Position numbers and translations under genes: made by a program
Shown: piece by piece, positions 47,081 to 58,408 of the stretch
Numbering within the stretch: position 1 is the first letter of the stretch
Layout: the number at the start of each line of letters is the position of its first letter
Assembly (NCBI GenBank): GCA_045658185.1
Contig: JAZOUQ010000145.1
Span: 53,247 to 117,246 of the forward strand
Source: Eubacteriales bacterium
Lineage (GTDB): Bacteria > Bacillota > Clostridia > Oscillospirales > CAG-272
Length of the DNA stretch: 64,000 nt
Direction: 5' to 3'
The notes under the pieces: model-generated
Seen by the model: only the letters and a program-made list of their open reading frames with translations
Databases searched by the model: none
What the model was told of the DNA's origin: nothing

Positions 47081-47635
47081 TTGAAGAAAATATATATATT
47101 ATTAACGAGAACAGGAACAGTACCTGCACGTGTAATACATGCAGTTAAAGGCGGAACGTTTACGCATACTTCCCTTTCACTCGTTCCCGCCACGGACCAT
47201 TTTTATAGCTATGCAAGAAGGAAGATAAAAAATCCTTTTAAAGCGGGCTTGATAATTGAAAACATACACACCGAGGTGTTTGCTTTATATCCGGATTGCC
47301 ATAGTGCAGTATACGCATTGACCGTTTCAGATAAAGCATATGAAGATATGAAAGAAAAAATCACCTTTTTTCTTAACAATTACAAAAAAGCGAAATACAG
47401 CTTTATAGGATTGCTTGCAATGGCGTTTGGAATTAAGATAAAGAGAAAAATGAAGCTCACCTGTTCGCAGTTTGTGGCAATAATTTTAAATAGCTCGGGC
47501 GAGATCAAGCTCCCCAAAGACCCCTACCTTATGCTCCCCGATGATTTTATGAAAATAGACGGTGTAGAGCGTATATATGACGGAATATTAAAAAACTGCA
47601 AAATTCCGCAAGATGAATTTGCGATTATTAGTTAA
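47081..47635 (+). CDS. Permuted papain-like (YiiX/DUF830-type NlpC/P60 superfamily) protein
   Basis: A His (FTHTSLSL) precedes the Cys (LTCSQFVA), as in permuted papain-fold amidases. TTG start after GAGAGGA. Confidence 0.45.
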   Translation: MKKIYILLTRTGTVPARVIHAVKGGTFTHTSLSLVPATDHFYSYARRKIKNPFKAGLIIENIHTEVFALYPDCHSAVYALTVSDKAYEDMKEKITFFLNNYKKAKYSFIGLLAMAFGIKIKRKMKLTCSQFVAIILNSSGEIKLPKDPYLMLPDDFMKIDGVERIYDGILKNCKIPQDEFAIIS

Positions 47636-47653
47636 AAAATTTCTAAAAATCTA

Positions 47654-47683
47654 TTGACTTTTAGTACCTGGTTGTGTTATAAT
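47654..47683 (+). promoter_or_regulatory. SigmaA promoter of tRNA-Leu
   Basis: TTGACT-N18-TATAAT with a TGt extended -10. Confidence 0.55.
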
Positions 47684-47711
47684 ATTTAGCGTTGAATGTT
47701 TCAACGCATTC

Positions 47712-47798
47712 GCCGGTGTGATGGAATTGGCAGACGTGCTGGACTCAAAATCCAGTGGTAGCGATACCGTGTCGGTTCGACCCCGACCACCGGCACCA
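47712..47798 (+). tRNA. tRNA-Leu (anticodon CAA), type II with long variable arm, CCA encoded
   Basis: Acceptor GCCGGTG/CACCGGC, anticodon stem-loop CTGGA-CTCAAAA-TCCAG, variable arm TGGTAGCGATACCGTG, T arm GTCGG-TTCGACC-CCGAC and a 3' ACCA. Confidence 0.9.
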
Positions 47799-47804
47799 TT
47801 CTTT

Positions 47805-47835
47805 AAATGCTTGGGTCTATCCCAAGCATTTTTTA
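47805..47835 (+). terminator. tRNA terminator
   Basis: aaatgcttggg/cccaagcattt stem followed by a T run. Confidence 0.7.
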
Positions 47836-47843
47836 TATTAAAA

Positions 47844-47872
47844 ACGCTTCCGTTTTTTTAATACGGAAGCGT
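47844..47872 (-). terminator. Terminator after the SulP gene
   Basis: acgcttccg/cggaagcgt stem followed by a T run on the minus strand. Confidence 0.6.
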
Positions 47873-47878
47873 GTTTTC

Positions 47879-49180
47879 TTATACGTTATTCTCTTTTTTT
47901 ACTTTGATTTTAGATATAACATAGAATATAAGTGTAAGTATAATTCCTGCGATAATCGCAACTACAAGATTAAGAACTACGGTAAGTATAAACGTAGCCA
48001 ACAAAACTGCAATATCGCCAATTTTTTTGGTCTTGCAAATTGCGAGAAATTCTCTCCATTCGCTCATATTATAAGCAACTATGAAAAGAATAGCCGCGAT
48101 TATTGGCATAGGAATGAGCTTTGCTACGGGCATAAGAACCACCAAAAACAGCAATATTACCACTGCGTGTACGATACCTGCCACGGGAGTTCGTCCGCCG
48201 TTTTTAACGTTTGCCGCTGTTCTTGCGATAGCTCCCGTCGCGGGAATACCGCCGAACAAACCTGAGCAGATGTTTCCTGCACCTTGAGCGATAAGCTCTG
48301 TATTGGAATTGTGCTTATCACCAATCATCTTATCGGAAACAACGCAAGAAAGCAATGATTCGATAGCGGCAAGGATAGCTATTGCAAACGCATCGGGAAT
48401 TACAGCTATTACTGTATTCACACTGAAGCTGGGGAATGAAAATTTAGGAAATCCTGAAGTCAGATCGGGATAGAGAGTTCCAATAGTAGCAGATTTCAGA
48501 GGAGTAAACATAACAATCACTACACCGATTATTACAGCTATAATCGAAGCAGGTATTTTTGTAAATATAACGGATGCTCTTCCTTTTGTTTTTGCCGCAA
48601 GAACGTTCCAAGCAATGAGGATACACAAACCAATCCCGCCAACAGCCAAGGCTGTCAAATTTATCGTGCCTATATTCTTTATTATCTCTACGAGCTTCTC
48701 TCCCGCCTCTACCGGCTTCGCACCACCGAAATCAAGACCGAGAAAATCCTTTATCTGTCCTATAAGTATTGTTACAGCTACGCCTGACGTAAAACCGACA
48801 GTTATCGTATGTGGCATAAATTTGATAAGAGAGCCTGCCTTGCAAAGTCCAAGAATTATTAAAATAATTCCCGCCATAACAGTTGCAATAACAAGTCCCT
48901 CAAAGCCACTTGACGCTATAACTCCCGCTACTATCGTTGCAAATGCAGCGGTAGGTCCTGAAATGTTTACGTTACTACCGCCAAGGAAAGCAATAACAAG
49001 ACCTGCAACAGCGGCTGTATAAAGTCCCTGTGCGGGTGTTGCCCCTGATGCTATCGCTAAGGCTATCGAAAGCGGAAGAGCGATTATAGCAACGATTATA
49101 CCCGCTACTACGTCGTTAACCAGCTTATGGCCGTTATAATCCTTTAAAGATGTAAATAATTTAGGTTGAAATGTTTTCAT
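47879..49180 (-). CDS. SulP family anion transporter, membrane domain only (no STAS domain)
   Basis: DVVAGIIVAIIALPLSIALAIASG, GGSNVNISGPT and GGIPATGAIARTA. The protein ends right after the last TM segment. The start is set at MKTFQP, after GAGG. Confidence 0.8.
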   Translation of the reverse strand: MKTFQPKLFTSLKDYNGHKLVNDVVAGIIVAIIALPLSIALAIASGATPAQGLYTAAVAGLVIAFLGGSNVNISGPTAAFATIVAGVIASSGFEGLVIATVMAGIILIILGLCKAGSLIKFMPHTITVGFTSGVAVTILIGQIKDFLGLDFGGAKPVEAGEKLVEIIKNIGTINLTALAVGGIGLCILIAWNVLAAKTKGRASVIFTKIPASIIAVIIGVVIVMFTPLKSATIGTLYPDLTSGFPKFSFPSFSVNTVIAVIPDAFAIAILAAIESLLSCVVSDKMIGDKHNSNTELIAQGAGNICSGLFGGIPATGAIARTAANVKNGGRTPVAGIVHAVVILLFLVVLMPVAKLIPMPIIAAILFIVAYNMSEWREFLAICKTKKIGDIAVLLATFILTVVLNLVVAIIAGIILTLIFYVISKIKVKKENNV

Positions 49181-49211
49181 ATGTAAAAACCTCATAAAAA
49201 ATCACAGCACA

Positions 49212-49244
49212 CAACCCCGAAAAGCCAAAGCATTTTCGGGGTTG
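49212..49244 (-). terminator. Hairpin after glyQS
   Basis: A 12-bp stem caaccccgaaaa/ttttcggggttg. The T tract is displaced. Confidence 0.5.
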
Positions 49245-49271
49245 TTAAATTTTAGAATAAATCTTAAGAAC

Positions 49272-50669
49272 TTAGAACTCAATTCTCTTCTCGATGTAAG
49301 ACTTAAGCTCGGTAATCGGAATTCTTACCTGCTCCATAGTATCTCTGTCACGAACGGTAACGCAACCGTCAACCTCGGAATCAAAGTCATAGGTAATGCA
49401 CATAGGAGTACCGATCTCGTCCTGACGGCGATATCTCTTACCGATAGAGCCTGCCTCGTCATAATCTACGCTGAAATACTTAGCGAGATCGTCAAATACC
49501 TTCTCTGCACCCTCGGAAAGCTTCTTGGAAAGAGGAAGAACTGCTGCCTTGAAAGGAGCGAGGAACGGATGGAGGTGAAGAACTACACGCATATCGTTCT
49601 TTTCAGCATCAACTATCTCTTCGTCGTATGCATCAACGAGGAAAGCCAAAGCCACACGGTCAGCACCGAGTGAAGGCTCTACAACGTAAGGAGTATACTT
49701 CTCGTTGGTTTCCTGATCAAAGTACATCATATCCTTACCGCTGTGTTTTGCGTGCTGAGAAAGGTCATAGTCGGTTCTGTCTGCAATACCCCAAAGCTCG
49801 CCCCAACCAAACGGGAACAAGAACTCAAAGTCAGTTGTTGCCTTAGAGTAGAAGGAAAGCTCCTCTGCACTATGGTCACGAAGCTTAAGGTTTTCTTCTC
49901 TCATACCGAGATCAACAAGCCACTTGCGGCAGTATTCCTTCCAGAAAGCAAACCACTCAAGGTCAGTACCGGGCTTACAGAAGAACTCAAGCTCCATCTG
50001 CTCGAACTCACGGGTACGGAAAGTAAAGTTTCCGGGAGTTATTTCGTTACGGAATGACTTACCTATCTGGCAAACACCAAAGGGCAACTTCTTTCTTGCA
50101 GAACGCTGAATGTTCGCAAAATCAACGAAAATACCCTGAGCCGTTTCAGGACGGAGATAAAGCTCCGTGGTTGAGTCCTCGGTTACACCCTGATACGTCT
50201 TGAACATAAGGTTAAACTTTTTGATTTCGGTGAAGTCTGCACTTCCGCAATCGGGGCAAACGATTCCCTTTTCCTTGATGTAATCAGCCATCTGCTCAAA
50301 GGTCCAACCTGCGGGATTGTCCTCAAGACCGTTCTCGAATGCATATTCTTCAATGAGCTTATCAGCTCTGTGTCTTGTCTTACAGCTCTTACAGTCCATA
50401 AGGGGGTCAGAGAAACCGCCAACGTGACCAGAAGCCACCCAAGTCTGGGGATTCATAATGATGGCACTGTCAAGACCTACGTTATATTTACACTCCTGAA
50501 CAAACTTTTTCCACCAAGCCTTCTTTACGTTGTTTTTAAACTCAACGCCGAGAGGACCGTAGTCCCAAGAGTTAGCAAGACCGCCGTATATCTCCGAGCC
50601 GGGGAAAATAAAGCCTCTGCCCTTACACAGAGCAACGATTTTGTCCATTGTCTTTTCTGAATTGTTCAT
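49272..50669 (-). CDS. glyQS: Glycine--tRNA ligase (homodimeric GlyQS type)
   Basis: [29 protein letters not shown] and EPSLGADR class II motifs. Confidence 0.95.
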   Translation of the reverse strand: MNNSEKTMDKIVALCKGRGFIFPGSEIYGGLANSWDYGPLGVEFKNNVKKAWWKKFVQECKYNVGLDSAIIMNPQTWVASGHVGGFSDPLMDCKSCKTRHRADKLIEEYAFENGLEDNPAGWTFEQMADYIKEKGIVCPDCGSADFTEIKKFNLMFKTYQGVTEDSTTELYLRPETAQGIFVDFANIQRSARKKLPFGVCQIGKSFRNEITPGNFTFRTREFEQMELEFFCKPGTDLEWFAFWKEYCRKWLVDLGMREENLKLRDHSAEELSFYSKATTDFEFLFPFGWGELWGIADRTDYDLSQHAKHSGKDMMYFDQETNEKYTPYVVEPSLGADRVALAFLVDAYDEEIVDAEKNDMRVVLHLHPFLAPFKAAVLPLSKKLSEGAEKVFDDLAKYFSVDYDEAGSIGKRYRRQDEIGTPMCITYDFDSEVDGCVTVRDRDTMEQVRIPITELKSYIEKRIEF

Positions 50670-50708
50670 ACTGAAACCTTCCTTTTCGAATGATCCTATT
50701 ATTTCTAC

Positions 50709-50737
50709 ATTTTATCATATATTGCGAAAGTTGTCAA
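50709..50737 (-). promoter_or_regulatory. SigmaA promoter of glyQS
   Basis: On the minus strand, TTGACA-N17-TAAAAT, about 35 nt upstream of the ATG. Confidence 0.45.
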
Positions 50738-50819
50738 TACACACCTTAAATTTATTTGACGAATTTATCTATAAAATTATTACTTTTTTTGGTAAAAACA
50801 TTGAAATCGAATTTTCCCC

Positions 50820-50859
50820 AATAAAAAAGAATGAACTCGGTTCAATACCGAGCTCATTC
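50820..50859 (-). terminator. Terminator after the ABC transporter operon
   Basis: On the minus strand, GAATGAGCTCGG-N7-CCGAGTTCATTC followed by TTTTTTATT. Confidence 0.7.
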
Positions 50860-50879
50860 GTAAATAGCTAAACAAGCTT

Positions 50880-51629
50880 TTAAAGTACCTTTTGAAGGAA
50901 TTGTTGGAGTCTGGGATTCTTCGGTGAATTAAAGAACTCCTCGGGAGTTCCCTCCTCCGCGATCACTCCATCACACATAAATACTATTCTGTCCGCAACC
51001 TCACGGGCAAATCCCATTTCGTGTGTTACAACCACCATTGTCATTCCTTCGTTTGCAAGCTCTTTCATAAGATCAAGAACCTCGCCAACCATCTCAGGGT
51101 CAAGTGCCGATGTAGGCTCATCAAAAAGGATAACATCAGGCTCCATAGCCAACGCTCTCGCAATAGCAATTCTCTGCTTTTGACCGCCTGAAAGCATTGC
51201 GGGATAAGCATCTGCTCTATCCTCAAGTCCAACTCTTTTTAATAAGCTCATTGCCTTACTCTCAGCCTGCTCCTTGGTATGTTTAAGCAGTTTTGTAGGA
51301 GCAATCGTAAGATTTCTTAAAACCGTCATATGTGGAAACAGATTGAAGTGTTGGAAAACCATAGACATTTTTTGTCTGTGAAGATTTATATTTACCTTCT
51401 TCTCTGTTATATCAACGCCATTAAATATAATGCTGCCAGAAGTAGGCATTTCCATAAGATTCAGTGATCGAAGGTATGTAGATTTTCCACTTCCCGAAGG
51501 ACCTATTATAACAACGACCTCACCACGATGCACCTTAAGATCAACTCCGTCAAGAGCCTTTATTTTATGACCGTTATAATGCTTTTTGAGGTCTTTGGTT
51601 TCTATGATTATATCGTGATTATCTTTCAT
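50880..51629 (-). CDS. Polar amino acid ABC transporter ATP-binding protein
   Basis: [24 protein letters not shown] and [11 protein letters not shown], of the GlnQ/HisP type. The start is set at MKDNHD. Confidence 0.9.
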   Translation of the reverse strand: MKDNHDIIIETKDLKKHYNGHKIKALDGVDLKVHRGEVVVIIGPSGSGKSTYLRSLNLMEMPTSGSIIFNGVDITEKKVNINLHRQKMSMVFQHFNLFPHMTVLRNLTIAPTKLLKHTKEQAESKAMSLLKRVGLEDRADAYPAMLSGGQKQRIAIARALAMEPDVILFDEPTSALDPEMVGEVLDLMKELANEGMTMVVVTHEMGFAREVADRIVFMCDGVIAEEGTPEEFFNSPKNPRLQQFLQKVL

Positions 51630-52350
51630 TCTTACGCAAATTCCTCTCAAGTATTTTTACAAGTTGCGTCAATATTATAACAACAACCAAATATATAAGG
51701 GCAACCGCTATAAGTGGCATAAACGCGGAAAAGGTCACACCTCTTATCCTCTCTCCTGCCTTGGTAAGATCAGCTATTCCAACGTATCCCGCAACAGATG
51801 TTTCCTTTATCAAAACGATAAACTCATTACAAAGCGTTGGGAGTATCGATTTGAACACCTGAGGAATTATTATGTATATCATAGTTTGAACATAGTTGAA
51901 GCCAACCGAACGTCCCGCCTCAAACTGTCCGTTATCAATAGACATAATTCCGCCTCGAATTATTTCAGCTACATATGCACCCGAATTCAATCCAAAGGCA
52001 AAAATAGCTATCATAGTTCCATTTCTTGACGACGCAAATATTATGAAATAAGCAATAAGAAGCTGTACGACAACAGGCGTTCCTCGAACGACGGTCAAAT
52101 ACAGATTTGATATTGCGTTCATTATCCACCAAACAAAATAAAAAAGACCGCCTCTTTTTTTGTACACCTCTTTATTCTTGTCAAACGTTGAACGAATAAT
52201 AGCTATTACAATACCGATAGCAAGACCCATTAACAGTGCGAAAAAAGTTATAACAAGAGTGTTTTTCAATCCGTCAATAAGCCATTTCCAACGATTGTCA
52301 TTAACGAAGTTAAGAACAAAATCATCTTTTAGCTTGAGAAAAAAATCCAT
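51619..52350 (-). CDS. Polar amino acid ABC transporter permease
   Basis: The HisM/GlnP-type EAA loop region ([17 protein letters not shown]). It overlaps the ATPase start by 11 nt. Confidence 0.85.
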   Translation of the reverse strand: MDFFLKLKDDFVLNFVNDNRWKWLIDGLKNTLVITFFALLMGLAIGIVIAIIRSTFDKNKEVYKKRGGLFYFVWWIMNAISNLYLTVVRGTPVVVQLLIAYFIIFASSRNGTMIAIFAFGLNSGAYVAEIIRGGIMSIDNGQFEAGRSVGFNYVQTMIYIIIPQVFKSILPTLCNEFIVLIKETSVAGYVGIADLTKAGERIRGVTFSAFMPLIAVALIYLVVVIILTQLVKILERNLRKNER

Positions 52351-52383
52351 TACAGTTCCTCTTTGAATTTAAAGTATTAAAGA

Positions 52384-52415
52384 GGTTATCGCGTCAAAAA
52401 ACAGACGCGATAACC
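52384..52415 (-). terminator. Intra-operon hairpin between the binding-protein and permease genes
   Basis: A perfect 12-bp stem ggttatcgcgtc/gacgcgataacc with an 8-nt loop, then TCTTTAAT on the minus strand. Confidence 0.5.
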
Positions 52416-52438
52416 CATTCACAAAATTTATAATCAGA

Positions 52439-53275
52439 TTACTTTCCGCTATTGATGTACCTGTTTACAATAGCATCGATGGTACCATCTTCCTTGAGTT
52501 CCTTCAAAGCCTGATTGATCTTCTCAAGAAGCTCCTCGTTATCCTTGGAAACACAGATAGCATAATCCTCGATAGCATATTCATTATCACCCTCAAGAAT
52601 ATGAATACCCTCATTTGCCTCAACGAAAGACTTAGCAGGCTCGTTGTCTATAATAACCATATCTACCTTGTTAGTCTTAAGTGCCTCAACAGCTTCAGCA
52701 CCTGTCTTATAACGAACTACACGATCGGTAGTAATAGTGCCATCCTCTGCTACATTGTTAAGACCCCAGTTGGAAATATCATCAGAAGAATAAATATCTC
52801 CTGTAGTATCTTGCTGTACTCCAACCTTAACATCGGTGTTCTTCAATGCAGTAGGATTTCCCTCGTCATCAAATACGAAGATATCGTCAAGAGAGCTAAT
52901 AGAAGAGCCATCCTTAACGATAATCACCTGAATACCGGTGGCGTAAGTTTCAGAGAAATTGACACTTTGCTTACGCTCTTCAGTAACAGTAAGGCCTGCC
53001 ATACCCATGTCGTACTTGCCTTCTGCAACGCCTCCGATAATAGAACCGAACTCAACGTCCTCAATCTGAAGCTCCATACCGAGCTTTTCTGCGATAGCCT
53101 TAGCGATTTCAACATCAATACCTACAAATTCGTTTCCTTCAACGTATTCGTAAGGAGGAAATGCAGCATTAGTTGCCATCACAAGAACGTCATCCTGCTT
53201 AGAGCAAGAGGAAAAGACGCTCATTCCCAAAACGATCATAACCAAAGCCAATGCAATACTAATAATTTTTTTCAT
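52439..53275 (-). CDS. Amino acid ABC transporter substrate-binding lipoprotein
   Basis: A signal peptide with lipobox FSSC and the SBP_bac_3-type motif FPPYEY...GIDVEIAKAIA. The start follows GGAGG. Confidence 0.85.
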   Translation of the reverse strand: MKKIISIALALVMIVLGMSVFSSCSKQDDVLVMATNAAFPPYEYVEGNEFVGIDVEIAKAIAEKLGMELQIEDVEFGSIIGGVAEGKYDMGMAGLTVTEERKQSVNFSETYATGIQVIIVKDGSSISSLDDIFVFDDEGNPTALKNTDVKVGVQQDTTGDIYSSDDISNWGLNNVAEDGTITTDRVVRYKTGAEAVEALKTNKVDMVIIDNEPAKSFVEANEGIHILEGDNEYAIEDYAICVSKDNEELLEKINQALKELKEDGTIDAIVNRYINSGK

Positions 53276-53397
53276 TGAAATGTCCTCCAAAAAATTCTAT
53301 ACAAGTATTATACAGCACAAAAGAATATTTGTCAATAGAAATAAAATAAATACCTTGGAATATATTGTTTTGTATCAACTCCGTATGCATAAATAAA

Positions 53398-56226
53398 TCA
53401 TTTATTCAACACTTTATTCAAATATTGCCCCGTATAGGACTTTTTACATTTAGCAACCTCCTCAGGGGGGCCCTGAGCAACTACAGTACCTCCATTATCT
53501 CCACCTTCGGGACCAAGGTCGATAATGTAGTCAGCGGTTTTAATCACGTCAAGATTATGCTCAATAACAAGTAAGCTATTACCTGCAGAGCAAAGTCTTT
53601 GAAGCACATTGATAAGCTTTGATACGTCATCTGTGTGCAATCCCGTTGTAGGCTCGTCAAGTATATACATAGTTTTTCCCGTGCCTCGTCTTGATAACTC
53701 CGTAGCCAGCTTTACACGCTGAGCCTCACCGCCTGAAATTGTTGTTGACGACTGCCCAATTTTTATATAACCCAATCCTACATCGTAAAGTGTCTGCAGT
53801 TTCTGTTTTATTTTCGGAATACCGTCAAAGAATATCAATGCCTCTTCAACAGTCATTTCCAGCACGTCAGCAATGCTCTTGTTCTTAAACTTGACTTCAA
53901 GAGTATCTCTGTTGTATCGCTTTCCGTGACACACGTCGCAGGTTACGTAAACATCAGGTAAAAAGTGCATCTCTATTTTCTTTACACCGTCGCCCTCACA
54001 CGCCTCACATCTTCCGCCCTTGACGTTAAATGAAAATCTTCCGGATTTATACCCTCTTGCATTTGCGTCGGAGGTTCTCGCGAAAAGCTCTCTGATATCA
54101 GTAAACAAGCCCGTATACGTTGCGGGATTAGAACGAGGAGTCCTTCCGATAGGACTTTGATCTATAACTATAACCTTGTCAAGATTTTCAGTTCCCTCGA
54201 TTTGCTTATATTTTCTGCTTCCTCTCAATGCACCGTTCAATTTTTGAGAAAGTACAGGAGCTATAATTCCATTAACGAGAGAAGATTTTCCCGAGCCCGA
54301 CACGCCTGTCACACAAGTGAAGCAACCTAAAGGAATATCCACATCTACGTTCTTCAGATTATGCTCGTATGCTCCCTTAACACTTAAATAACAGCCATTT
54401 CCTTTTCTTCTTTCTGTAGGGACGGGTATATATTTTCTTCTTGCAAGATAAGCTCCCGTAATAGATTTAGGGTCATTCATAACTTCACGAGGAGTTCCTG
54501 CCGAAACGATATTTCCTCCGTGAATTCCTGCTCCCGGACCTATATCTACTATATAGTCCGATTCCATCATAGTTTCCTCGTCATGCTCGACAACTATAAC
54601 GGTATTACCTATATCTCGCAACTTTTTTAGCGTTGCTATCAGCTTGGAATTATCTCTCTGGTGAAGCCCAATACTCGGTTCGTCCAATATATATAAAACG
54701 CCAACCAATGCAGAGCCTATCTGTGTAGCAAGTCGTATTCTTTGTGCTTCTCCACCCGAAAGCGAGCCTGATTTTCTTGCCAATGTCAGGTATTCAAGTC
54801 CTACGCTCTTAAGAAATCCAAGTCTTGCTTTTATTTCTTTTAATATTTCCGCAGATATGACCTTTTCCATTCCCTGCGGTTGAAAATCATCAATAAAGTC
54901 AAGGGCGACAGAAACAGAAAAATGACAAAATTCATCTATGTTTTTGCCATTAACAGTAACTGCTAATGAATTTGGATTCAGTCTTTGCCCGTTACACACA
55001 GGACAAGGTGCTTCTTCTATAAACTGCTCGTAATAGTCATCGTGACCACCCTGCTGTATGCGAGCCTCAATCATATTTACAAGGCCCTCAAAACGAGTCT
55101 TTTGACTATGCTCTGCTCCACCAAACCATCTTTTTATCTCGTAGAAATCATTTCCTGTTCCATATAAAAGCTTGTTGTATTGCTCTGCAGAAAACTCGCA
55201 AATGGGAGTATCAAGGTCAAAACCATGCTTTTTTCCCACAGCCATAAACAGCGGACCGTTCCAGCTCTGTTCTTCCAGTGTTTTGAATCCATTTACAGCA
55301 ATAGCACCCTGTCGCAGAGAGAGCTTATCGTCTGCAATAATACGGTCCACCGCCACTCTTCTCATATCGCCAATACCGGCACAATGAGGACAAGCCCCCG
55401 CCGGATTGTTAAACGAAAACATTCTCGGCTCAAGCTCACCAAAGGAAATATTGTGTTTTTCACAAGCGTAGCTTTGAGAAAATTCAAGCTCTACAGGTTC
55501 TCCGCTTCTGGGAACGGTGATTATTGTAAGATATCCGTCTGCCAATTTTAGAGCGTTTTCCACAGAATCAGAAAGTCGTGAGCGAATATCTTCCCTCATG
55601 ACCAATCGGTCGACGACAACATCAATATCGTGCTTTTTATTTTTATCAAGATTAATATCTTCCGACAAGTCATAGATATTTCCGTCCACTCTGACTCTGA
55701 CATATCCGCTTTTCTTCGCAGAGGCAAACACCTTTTCGTGCATTCCCTTCTGTGCCCTGACTACAGGAGCAAGAACCATAAATCGCTCTCCCTCAGGAAG
55801 CTCCATTATCTTATCCATAATCGTATCGATAGACTGTCTTTTTATTTCCTTACCGCAAATAGGACAATGCGGTGTTCCGATCCTTGCGTACAACAAACGG
55901 AGATAATCATAGATTTCCGTAACCGTACCTACAGTAGAACGAGGATTCTTTGACGTGGTTTTTTGGTCTATGGATATGGCGGGAGAAAGTCCCTCAATAA
56001 GGTCTACCTCAGGCTTGTCCATCTGCCCCAAAAACTGTCTTGCATACGAAGACAAGGACTCCACAAATCTTCTGTGTCCCTCTGCGTATATAGTGTCGAA
56101 TGCAAGCGACGATTTTCCTGATCCTGAAAGTCCTGTCAAAATAACAAGCTTATCTCGAGGGATTTCCACATCAATATTTTTTAAATTGTTTACTCTTGCA
56201 CCCTTAATGATAATTGATTTTGCCAT
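53398..56226 (-). CDS. uvrA: Excinuclease ABC subunit A
   Basis: Two ABC modules ([24 protein letters not shown]) and zinc-finger Cys clusters. Confidence 0.95.
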   Translation of the reverse strand: MAKSIIIKGARVNNLKNIDVEIPRDKLVILTGLSGSGKSSLAFDTIYAEGHRRFVESLSSYARQFLGQMDKPEVDLIEGLSPAISIDQKTTSKNPRSTVGTVTEIYDYLRLLYARIGTPHCPICGKEIKRQSIDTIMDKIMELPEGERFMVLAPVVRAQKGMHEKVFASAKKSGYVRVRVDGNIYDLSEDINLDKNKKHDIDVVVDRLVMREDIRSRLSDSVENALKLADGYLTIITVPRSGEPVELEFSQSYACEKHNISFGELEPRMFSFNNPAGACPHCAGIGDMRRVAVDRIIADDKLSLRQGAIAVNGFKTLEEQSWNGPLFMAVGKKHGFDLDTPICEFSAEQYNKLLYGTGNDFYEIKRWFGGAEHSQKTRFEGLVNMIEARIQQGGHDDYYEQFIEEAPCPVCNGQRLNPNSLAVTVNGKNIDEFCHFSVSVALDFIDDFQPQGMEKVISAEILKEIKARLGFLKSVGLEYLTLARKSGSLSGGEAQRIRLATQIGSALVGVLYILDEPSIGLHQRDNSKLIATLKKLRDIGNTVIVVEHDEETMMESDYIVDIGPGAGIHGGNIVSAGTPREVMNDPKSITGAYLARRKYIPVPTERRKGNGCYLSVKGAYEHNLKNVDVDIPLGCFTCVTGVSGSGKSSLVNGIIAPVLSQKLNGALRGSRKYKQIEGTENLDKVIVIDQSPIGRTPRSNPATYTGLFTDIRELFARTSDANARGYKSGRFSFNVKGGRCEACEGDGVKKIEMHFLPDVYVTCDVCHGKRYNRDTLEVKFKNKSIADVLEMTVEEALIFFDGIPKIKQKLQTLYDVGLGYIKIGQSSTTISGGEAQRVKLATELSRRGTGKTMYILDEPTTGLHTDDVSKLINVLQRLCSAGNSLLVIEHNLDVIKTADYIIDLGPEGGDNGGTVVAQGPPEEVAKCKKSYTGQYLNKVLNK

Positions 56227-56227
56227 T

Positions 56228-58201
56228 TTATACTTCTCTCAATTTTTTTATTTCATCTCTGATGTATGCTGCCTGTTCAAATTCAAGCCGTCTGGATGCT
56301 TCCTTCATTTGCTTGGTAAGCTCCAGTATAAGCTTTTCCTTTTCAGCCACAGAAAGCTTTTTAGCCTTTGATTTTTCTTTCTTATTCTTTCGCTCGTCTT
56401 TGCCTATCTCAATAATATCTCGGACGTCCTTCTTAATAGTCTTTGGAATAATTCCGTGTTCCTCGTTGAATTTTTGCTGTATAACTCTGCGTCGGTTTGT
56501 TTCTCTTATTGCACGTTCCATAGAACCCGTTACAACGTCTGCATACATTATGACCTTACCTTCTGCGTTTCGTGCGGCACGTCCAATAGTCTGTATAAGA
56601 CTTCGTTCAGCTCTCAAAAAGCCTTCCTTATCGGCGTCGAGTATAGCCACGAGTGAAACTTCGGGTATATCCAAGCCCTCACGCAAAAGATTTATTCCAA
56701 CCAACACATCAAACTCACCCAGTCGAAGATCGCGTATAATTTCCATTCTCTCGATGGTGTCGATATTGTAATGGATATATTTTACCTTTATACCGTTATT
56801 TTCAAGATAACCCGTAAGGTCCTCTGCCATCTTTCGAGTAAGTGTCGTAACAAGCACTCTTTCGTTCTTATTAACACGAATTCTGATCTCACCAATAAGA
56901 TCGTCCACTTGTCCCTCAATAGGACGAACCTCAACCTCAGGATCAACAAGCCCCGTAGGACGAATAAGCTGCTCTACCGTGCCTTGGGAATTTTCAGCCT
57001 CAAAATCTCCCGGTGTAGCACTCACGAACACGGCTTGGTTTATCTTCGATTCAAATTCCTCAAAATACAGAGGGCGGTTATCATATGCAGATGGCAATCT
57101 AAATCCAAATTCAATAAGATTTTTCTTTCTTGCCGTATCTCCGCCGCTCATTCCTCTGACCTGTGGGAGAGTAACGTGGGACTCGTCCACGAACATAATA
57201 AAATCCTCGGGAAAATAATCAAGAAGCGTATACGGTGTAGAGCCTTTCGGTCTGCCCGATAAAACTCTTGAATAGTTTTCAACGCCCGAGCAAAAGCCTA
57301 CCTCTCGAAGCATCTCCAAATCATATTTTACCCGTTCTTCAATTCGCTGTGCCTCAATAAGCTTTCCTTCGCTTTTAAAGTATTCCCTTCTCTCAACCAT
57401 CTCCCGCATTATCTCGTCTAATGCGGCTTCCTTTTTATCATCGGAAACAGCATAGTGCGTTGCAGGATATATAGCGGCGTAGTTTAAGCTCTTTATAATC
57501 TCTCCCGTGACAATATTTATCTCCGATATTCTATCTATTTCATCACCGAAAAACTCGACTCTGAGTGCCACATCATTCATATTTGCGGGAATAATATCCA
57601 CGGTATCTCCACGCACTCGGAATTTATCTCTTTCAAGTGCAAGATCGTTTCGATCGTAGCTTATTTTGATAAGCGATCTGATAAATTCGTCACGGCTAAT
57701 TTCCATACCCGGACGCACTGCCAAAACAAGCTTTTGATATTCACCCGGGTCACCCAAGGAATATATGCAAGACACACTTGCAACGATAATAACGTCTCTT
57801 CTCTCAAACAAAGCAGACGTAGCACTGTGACGAAGCATATCTATCTCGTCGTTTATCATAGCGTCCTTTTCAATATACATATCCTTCCCGGGAATATATG
57901 CCTCGGGCTGGTAGTAGTCATAATATGACACGAAATATTCCACGGCATTTTCGGGAAACAGCTCTCTGAATTCGGAGCAAAGCTGAGCCGCAAGCGTTTT
58001 GTTATGAGCCAAAACGAGGGTTGGTCTGTTGAGTTGAGCTATAACGTTTGCCATAGTAAAGGTCTTTCCCGAGCCTGTTACACCTAACAAAGTCTGGTAT
58101 CTTTTGCCGCTGTTGATCCCGTCAACAAGCCCTTGTATTGCCTGCGGTTGATCGCCGCTTGGTGCAAACTCGGAACAAAGTTTAAATACTCCGTTTTTCA
58201 T
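56228..58201 (-). CDS. uvrB: Excinuclease ABC subunit B
   Basis: [14 protein letters not shown] and a C-terminal UVR domain ([14 protein letters not shown]). Confidence 0.95.
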   Translation of the reverse strand: MKNGVFKLCSEFAPSGDQPQAIQGLVDGINSGKRYQTLLGVTGSGKTFTMANVIAQLNRPTLVLAHNKTLAAQLCSEFRELFPENAVEYFVSYYDYYQPEAYIPGKDMYIEKDAMINDEIDMLRHSATSALFERRDVIIVASVSCIYSLGDPGEYQKLVLAVRPGMEISRDEFIRSLIKISYDRNDLALERDKFRVRGDTVDIIPANMNDVALRVEFFGDEIDRISEINIVTGEIIKSLNYAAIYPATHYAVSDDKKEAALDEIMREMVERREYFKSEGKLIEAQRIEERVKYDLEMLREVGFCSGVENYSRVLSGRPKGSTPYTLLDYFPEDFIMFVDESHVTLPQVRGMSGGDTARKKNLIEFGFRLPSAYDNRPLYFEEFESKINQAVFVSATPGDFEAENSQGTVEQLIRPTGLVDPEVEVRPIEGQVDDLIGEIRIRVNKNERVLVTTLTRKMAEDLTGYLENNGIKVKYIHYNIDTIERMEIIRDLRLGEFDVLVGINLLREGLDIPEVSLVAILDADKEGFLRAERSLIQTIGRAARNAEGKVIMYADVVTGSMERAIRETNRRRVIQQKFNEEHGIIPKTIKKDVRDIIEIGKDERKNKKEKSKAKKLSVAEKEKLILELTKQMKEASRRLEFEQAAYIRDEIKKLREV

Positions 58202-58356
58202 ATTATACCTCCTATGACAAACTATCTATATAATTATACCACATCTTTATAAAAAAATAAAGATGATTATAAAATAAAAATCAAAAAGGAAAATACATCA
58301 AATCGTTCATATTGCTGTCATTTTTTTGCGATATAATAAAAAATACAAAAAACCTC

Positions 58357-58387
58357 TTGACTTTACAGTTAACTATAATGTTATAAT
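58357..58387 (+). promoter_or_regulatory. MerR-type promoter: TTGACT - 19-bp spacer with central palindrome - TATAAT
   Basis: The spacer ttacagttaactataatgt contains the perfect palindrome AGTTAACT. Extended to TACAGTTAACTATA, it matches at 12 of 14 positions. Confidence 0.55.
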
Positions 58388-58408
58388 TGTATCATAGGAG
58401 GCGATGAC

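Noticed and set aside
50670-50879. An expected T-box leader upstream of glyQS, as is common in Firmicutes.
   Set aside because: The predicted promoter (TTGACA-N17-TAAAAT) leaves only about 35 nt of leader. There is no T-box sequence or terminator/antiterminator pair, and the rest of the gap is the terminator of the upstream operon. I record the absence but do not treat it as a feature.
58202-58356. A search for a LexA (Cheo-type GAAC-N4-GTTC) box upstream of uvrB.
   Set aside because: Only an isolated half-site-like cgttc (in aatcgttcatattgc) is present. That is not enough to call an SOS box without a species-specific model.
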